Assembly (NCBI GenBank): GCA_030040495.1 | Contig: JASHTP010000250.1 | Coordinates: 1-36,894 of the forward strand | Length of the DNA stretch: 36,894 nucleotides | Direction: 5' to 3' | DNA from: Alphaproteobacteria bacterium | GTDB taxonomy: Bacteria; Pseudomonadota; Alphaproteobacteria; ATCC43930; CGMCC-115725 | In this document: positions 33,265 through 36,894 of the stretch, one piece after another | How the letters are laid out: every line of letters starts with the position of its first letter | Numbering within the stretch: position 1 is the stretch's first letter | Notes under the pieces: model-generated | What the model was told of the DNA's origin: nothing | Seen by the model: only the letters and a program-made list of their open reading frames with translations | The model's database searches: none | Made by a program: the position numbers and the translations under genes

Positions 33265-34815
33265 ATGGCTGAGATCGTCGATCGCTTTGCCGACCGGCCG
33301 GTGGTCGTCGGCGCCGGCATCGCCGGACTAATGACCGCCCTTGCGCTCGCGCCCGAGCCGGTCGTCGTGCTCGCCAAGGCGCCGCTCGGCGACGAGGCGG
33401 CCAGCGCCTGGGCCCAAGGCGGCATCGCCGCTGCCCTCGGCGATGACGACGCCCCTTGCGACCATGCCGCCGACACGCTTGCTGCCGGTGACGGGCTCTG
33501 CGATCCCGCCGCCGTCGAGCGCACGACCGGCGCCGCCCACCGCGCCATCGCGGAGCTCGTTCGCCGCGGCGTCGCCTTCGATCGCGACGGCGAGGGCCGC
33601 TTCATGCTCGGCCTCGAGGCGGCGCATTCCCGGCGCCGCATCGTTCACGCCGGCGGCGACCGCACCGGGCGCGAGATCATGCGGGCGCTGATCGCGGCGG
33701 CGCGGCGGACGCCGACGATCACGGTGCTCGAGGCGATCGAAGCCCGTCGTCTCGTCGTCGCGGACGGCGCGATCGCCGGCGTGCTCGCGGCAGGGCGCGC
33801 CGGGCCCCTGCTGCTGCCGACCAGCCGCGTGGTGATGGCGACGGGCGGCATCGGCGGCCTTTATCGCCACACCACCAATCCGCGCGGCGCCATCGGGCAG
33901 GGCCTGGCGCTCGCCGCGCGCGCCGGCGCCCGCCTCGCCGATCTCGAGTTCGTCCAGTTCCATCCGACCGCGCTCGACGCCGGGCTCGACCCGATGCCGC
34001 TGATCAGCGAGGCGGTGCGCGGCGAAGGCGCCGTGCTCGTCGACGAGACGGGCGAGCGCTTCATGGCCGGCCACGCGCAGGCGGAGCTGGCGCCCCGGGA
34101 CATCGTCGCGCGCGCGGTATGGCGCCGCCTCGCCGAAGGACATCGCGTCTTTCTCGATGCGCGCGCGGCGCTCGGCCGTCGCTTCGCCGAGCGCTTCCCC
34201 GGCATCGCAGCGCTTTGCCGCGCCGCCGGCATCGATCCCGCCGCCCAGCCGATCCCGGTACGGCCGGCAGCGCACTATCACATGGGCGGGATCGCCGTGG
34301 ATGGCGCCGGGCGCAGCTCGGTCGCGGGGCTCTGGGCCTGCGGCGAAGTCGCCGCCACCGGCTTGCACGGCGCCAACCGCCTCGCCAGCAATTCGCTGCT
34401 CGACGCCGCCCTGAGCGCCCGCTGGGTCGCCGAGGACGTCGCCGGGACGATCGCCCGGCGGACGCAGGCAGCGTTCCCGCGCGCCGTGCCGCCGGCGGCC
34501 GACCCCGGCCCGCTGCGGCAGATCATGTCAGAAAAGGTCGGCGTGCTGCGCGACGCCGCGGGGCTGCGCGCCGCGATCGAGGCGCTCCATCCGCTTGCCG
34601 CGGGCGACGGGCCGGCGGCCGATCCCGCCGCAGTCGGCCTCGGCATCGCGACCGCGGCACTGCTGCGGCGCGAGAGCCGCGGCAGTCATTGCCGCAGCGA
34701 CTTTCCCGACCGCGCGCCCGACGGCGCGCGGCGCCTCAAGCTTCGCCTTGCCGAAGTCGAGGCGCTTGCGCATGGCGCCCCGGCCGACGCTTCTTGCACT
34801 GCTTTCGAGGTCTGA
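33265..34815 (+). CDS. nadB: L-aspartate oxidase NadB
   Basis: ATG at 33265 with SD GAGGA 7 nt upstream; the track TTG at 33259 is less likely. FAD fold VVVGAGIAGL, plus HYHMGGI and GANRLASNSLLD. Confidence 0.96.
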   Translation: MAEIVDRFADRPVVVGAGIAGLMTALALAPEPVVVLAKAPLGDEAASAWAQGGIAAALGDDDAPCDHAADTLAAGDGLCDPAAVERTTGAAHRAIAELVRRGVAFDRDGEGRFMLGLEAAHSRRRIVHAGGDRTGREIMRALIAAARRTPTITVLEAIEARRLVVADGAIAGVLAAGRAGPLLLPTSRVVMATGGIGGLYRHTTNPRGAIGQGLALAARAGARLADLEFVQFHPTALDAGLDPMPLISEAVRGEGAVLVDETGERFMAGHAQAELAPRDIVARAVWRRLAEGHRVFLDARAALGRRFAERFPGIAALCRAAGIDPAAQPIPVRPAAHYHMGGIAVDGAGRSSVAGLWACGEVAATGLHGANRLASNSLLDAALSARWVAEDVAGTIARRTQAAFPRAVPPAADPGPLRQIMSEKVGVLRDAAGLRAAIEALHPLAAGDGPAADPAAVGLGIATAALLRRESRGSHCRSDFPDRAPDGARRLKLRLAEVEALAHGAPADASCTAFEV

Positions 34816-34818
34816 GCG

Positions 34819-35670
34819 ATGTCCGTTCCGCCGCTGCCCACGATCATCATCGAGCCGCTGGTGCGCGCGGCGCTGGCCGAGGATCTCGGTCGTGCCGGCG
34901 ACATCACCACGGATTCGATCGTGCCCGCCGAGGCGCGGGCCGAGACCGTGCTGGTCGCTCGCGAGCCGGGCGTGGTCGCGGGGCTCGACCTGGCGGCGCT
35001 CGCCTTCCGGCTGGTCGATCCCTCGCTCGCGATCCGAGTCGAGCGGCCGGATGGGAGTCGTCTTTCGCGCGGCGATGAGATCGCGACGATCGCCGGCCCG
35101 GCGCGCGGCATCCTCACCGCCGAGCGCGTGGCGCTCAATTTCCTCACCCATCTCTCCGGCGTCGCATCGGCCACCGCCTCGGTCGTCGACGCGCTGCGCG
35201 GCCAGCGCACGCGGGTGACCTGCACGCGCAAGACGCTGCCTGGGCTGCGCGCCCTGCAGAAATACGCGGTGCGCGTCGGTGGCGGCTCGAACCATCGCTT
35301 CGGCCTCGACGACGCCGTACTCATCAAGGACAACCACATCGCCGTTGCCGGCGGCATCCGGCCTGCTCTCGAACGGGCCCGCGCCGCGGTCGGCCATCTC
35401 GTGAAGATCGAGATCGAGGTCGACACGCTGGCCCAGCTCGACGAGGCGCTATCCGTCGGCGTCGACGCTGTTCTGCTCGACAATATGAGCGCCAACGAGC
35501 TGCGCCGCGCGGTCGCGATGGTCGGCGGCCGCGCGATCACCGAGGCCTCGGGTCGGATCACGCCGGCGACGGCGCCCACCGTGGCGTCGAGCGGCGTCGA
35601 TCTCATCTCGATCGGCTGGCTCACCCACAGCGCCGCCGCGCTCGATATCGGGCTCGATTACCGCGACTGA
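34819..35670 (+). CDS. nadC: Nicotinate-nucleotide pyrophosphorylase (carboxylating) NadC
   Basis: 283 aa. Contains [44 protein letters not shown] and ISIGWLTHS. Confidence 0.97.
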   Translation: MSVPPLPTIIIEPLVRAALAEDLGRAGDITTDSIVPAEARAETVLVAREPGVVAGLDLAALAFRLVDPSLAIRVERPDGSRLSRGDEIATIAGPARGILTAERVALNFLTHLSGVASATASVVDALRGQRTRVTCTRKTLPGLRALQKYAVRVGGGSNHRFGLDDAVLIKDNHIAVAGGIRPALERARAAVGHLVKIEIEVDTLAQLDEALSVGVDAVLLDNMSANELRRAVAMVGGRAITEASGRITPATAPTVASSGVDLISIGWLTHSAAALDIGLDYRD

Positions 35671-35695
35671 CGCGCGCCGACCCCGCGGCGCCCGC

Positions 35696-36894
35696 TCATT
35701 TCTGTCCCGGCGCGGCCGCCGCGGGGCGCTCGGCGGCGGCGGCACTCCGCCACGGCGGAAAGCGCACGGTGCAGGTGGTGCCGTGGCCGGGCTCGCTGAC
35801 GATCGCAAGCTCGGCGCCGTGTAGCTCGGCCAGGCGCTTGCACAGCGGCAGGCCGAGCCCGACGCCTTCGGTCTCCTGGACGTGCGCGTCGGCGAGGCGG
35901 ACGAAGGGCGCGAGCGCGCGCGGGATGTCCTCCGCCGCCATGCCGATGCCGGTATCGGCGACGCTGAGCGCGAGGGCGCCGTCCGACGCCAGGGCCGCGG
36001 CGACCGTGATCTCGCCGCCGGCCAGCGTGAACTTGACGGCGTTGGTCAGCAGGTTGAGCAGGATCTGGCGCAGCTTGGTCTCGTCCGCCCAGAGCGGCGG
36101 CAGGTGCGGCGCGACGCGGCGGACGAGGCGAAGCTGCTGGCGCTCCGCTCGCGCCGCGACGAGATCGACGCAGCTTTCGACCAGCGCGCCGACATCGATG
36201 GCGCTCTCCGCGAGCGGCAGCGGCCCGGACTCGCCCTGCGAGAAGGCCAGGATCTCGGCGGCGAGGTTGAGCAGATGCCGGCCGCTGTTGTGGACGTGCC
36301 GCGCATATTCGCGATAGCGCGGATTATCGACTGGGCCGAGTAGCTGATCGCGGATCGCCTCCGAGAAACCCAGGATGGCGGTGAGCGGCGTGCGCAGCTC
36401 ATGGCTCAGATGGGCGAAGGTGAGCCACTTGTCCTGCCGCGCGTGGTCGAGCTCGGCATGCGACGCCGTCAGCGACCGGTTGAGCCGGTCGTTGGTGTTC
36501 TTGAGCTGCAGAGTGCGGATGATCGAGCGGTTCAGATTGCGCCCGGTGCCGGCGAGGACGCCGGCATAGATCAGGATGAGGGCGCCCAGCATCGGGTAGT
36601 CCGGACCGGGCGTGACGATGAAGGCGATGCCGGGCGTGACGATGAAGGGCAGCAGATAACACAGGAAGGCCGGATAATAGGCCGAGAGCGAGGTCATCGC
36701 CGCGGCCGACATTGCCGCCGCCACCAGGGTGACGAAGAGGAAGTCGAGCGGCCTTCCACAGAACGGCAAGGCGCCGCACAGCGCGCCCCAGAGCACGCCC
36801 GACGCCAGCGCCCCCCAGGCGAAGCGCCGCGCCCACTGCCCGGCGTCGTGCGCGCCCGCCGCCGCCCGCCGGTAGCGCCGGCGCAGCGCCAGCC
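35696..36894 (-). CDS. Membrane sensor histidine kinase. The C-terminal ~399 codons are in the window; the reading frame stays open to the right edge.
   Basis: H-box HLSHELRTPLTAILGF, N-box LLNLLTNAVKF, G1 DTGIGM and G2 GVGLGL, with several N-terminal TM helices. The frame upstream of the track start 36796 (GTG) has no stop through 36894. No response regulator is in the window. Confidence 0.85.
   Translation of the reverse strand, partial: LALRRRYRRAAAGAHDAGQWARRFAWGALASGVLWGALCGALPFCGRPLDFLFVTLVAAAMSAAAMTSLSAYYPAFLCYLLPFIVTPGIAFIVTPGPDYPMLGALILIYAGVLAGTGRNLNRSIIRTLQLKNTNDRLNRSLTASHAELDHARQDKWLTFAHLSHELRTPLTAILGFSEAIRDQLLGPVDNPRYREYARHVHNSGRHLLNLAAEILAFSQGESGPLPLAESAIDVGALVESCVDLVAARAERQQLRLVRRVAPHLPPLWADETKLRQILLNLLTNAVKFTLAGGEITVAAALASDGALALSVADTGIGMAAEDIPRALAPFVRLADAHVQETEGVGLGLPLCKRLAELHGAELAIVSEPGHGTTCTVRFPPWRSAAAAERPAAAAPGQK

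Noticed and set aside
1-36894. Window-wide search for mobile elements, CRISPR arrays, tRNA/rRNA genes, toxin-antitoxin pairs or defence-system hallmarks (nucleases, helicases, methylases, reverse transcriptases)
   Set aside because: I found no direct-repeat arrays, no transposase, integrase or recombinase-like ORFs, no terminal inverted repeats, no cloverleaf-like segments, and no defence-type domains. By eye, composition is uniform apart from the short operator-like AT islands.

Overview
This is a densely coding, very GC-rich chromosomal window (GC judged by eye, not computed). Gene content looks alphaproteobacterial and Rhizobiales-like: nadQ-nadABC, a PAS_5-type miniprotein, and many HAAT and NitT/TauT ABC systems. 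I can support 36 protein-coding genes, two of them cut by the window edges. I see no rRNA, tRNA, CRISPR array, transposase, integrase, phage gene or recognisable defence gene.

Left to right the window contains:
- the 5' end of a Mo-hydroxylase large subunit, preceded on the minus strand by a LivFGMH plus binding-protein ABC operon;
- a plus-strand oxidative cluster: luciferase-like monooxygenase, CocE/NonD hydrolase, TetR, beta-hydroxyacid dehydrogenase, SDR and cytochrome P450;
- a minus-strand envelope operon (Tat-exported Cys-rich miniprotein, secreted orphan protein, M48/TPR protease), back-to-back with a Zn/Mn-type ABC importer that carries an AT-rich operator;
- a PAS_5-like miniprotein;
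- a GntR-associated minus-strand operon: family III CoA-transferase, large arylsulfatase and a NitT/TauT ABC transporter;
- two alpha/beta hydrolases;
- an orphan binding protein, amidohydrolase and PhyH dioxygenase cluster;
- nadQ plus nadABC with two clear NadQ-type palindromes;
- a histidine kinase that runs off the right edge.

Most of this is ordinary accessory metabolism. The least explained block, and my best candidate for something undescribed, is the three-gene exported operon at 11746-14316. Second is the CoA-transferase/sulfatase operon with its twin-palindrome divergent promoter. The only AT-rich islands in the window all lie in intergenic regions and all contain palindromes, which I read as operators. 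The many long ORFs antisense to these genes are GC-driven artefacts. All functional calls come from motif recognition by eye; no database search was run.
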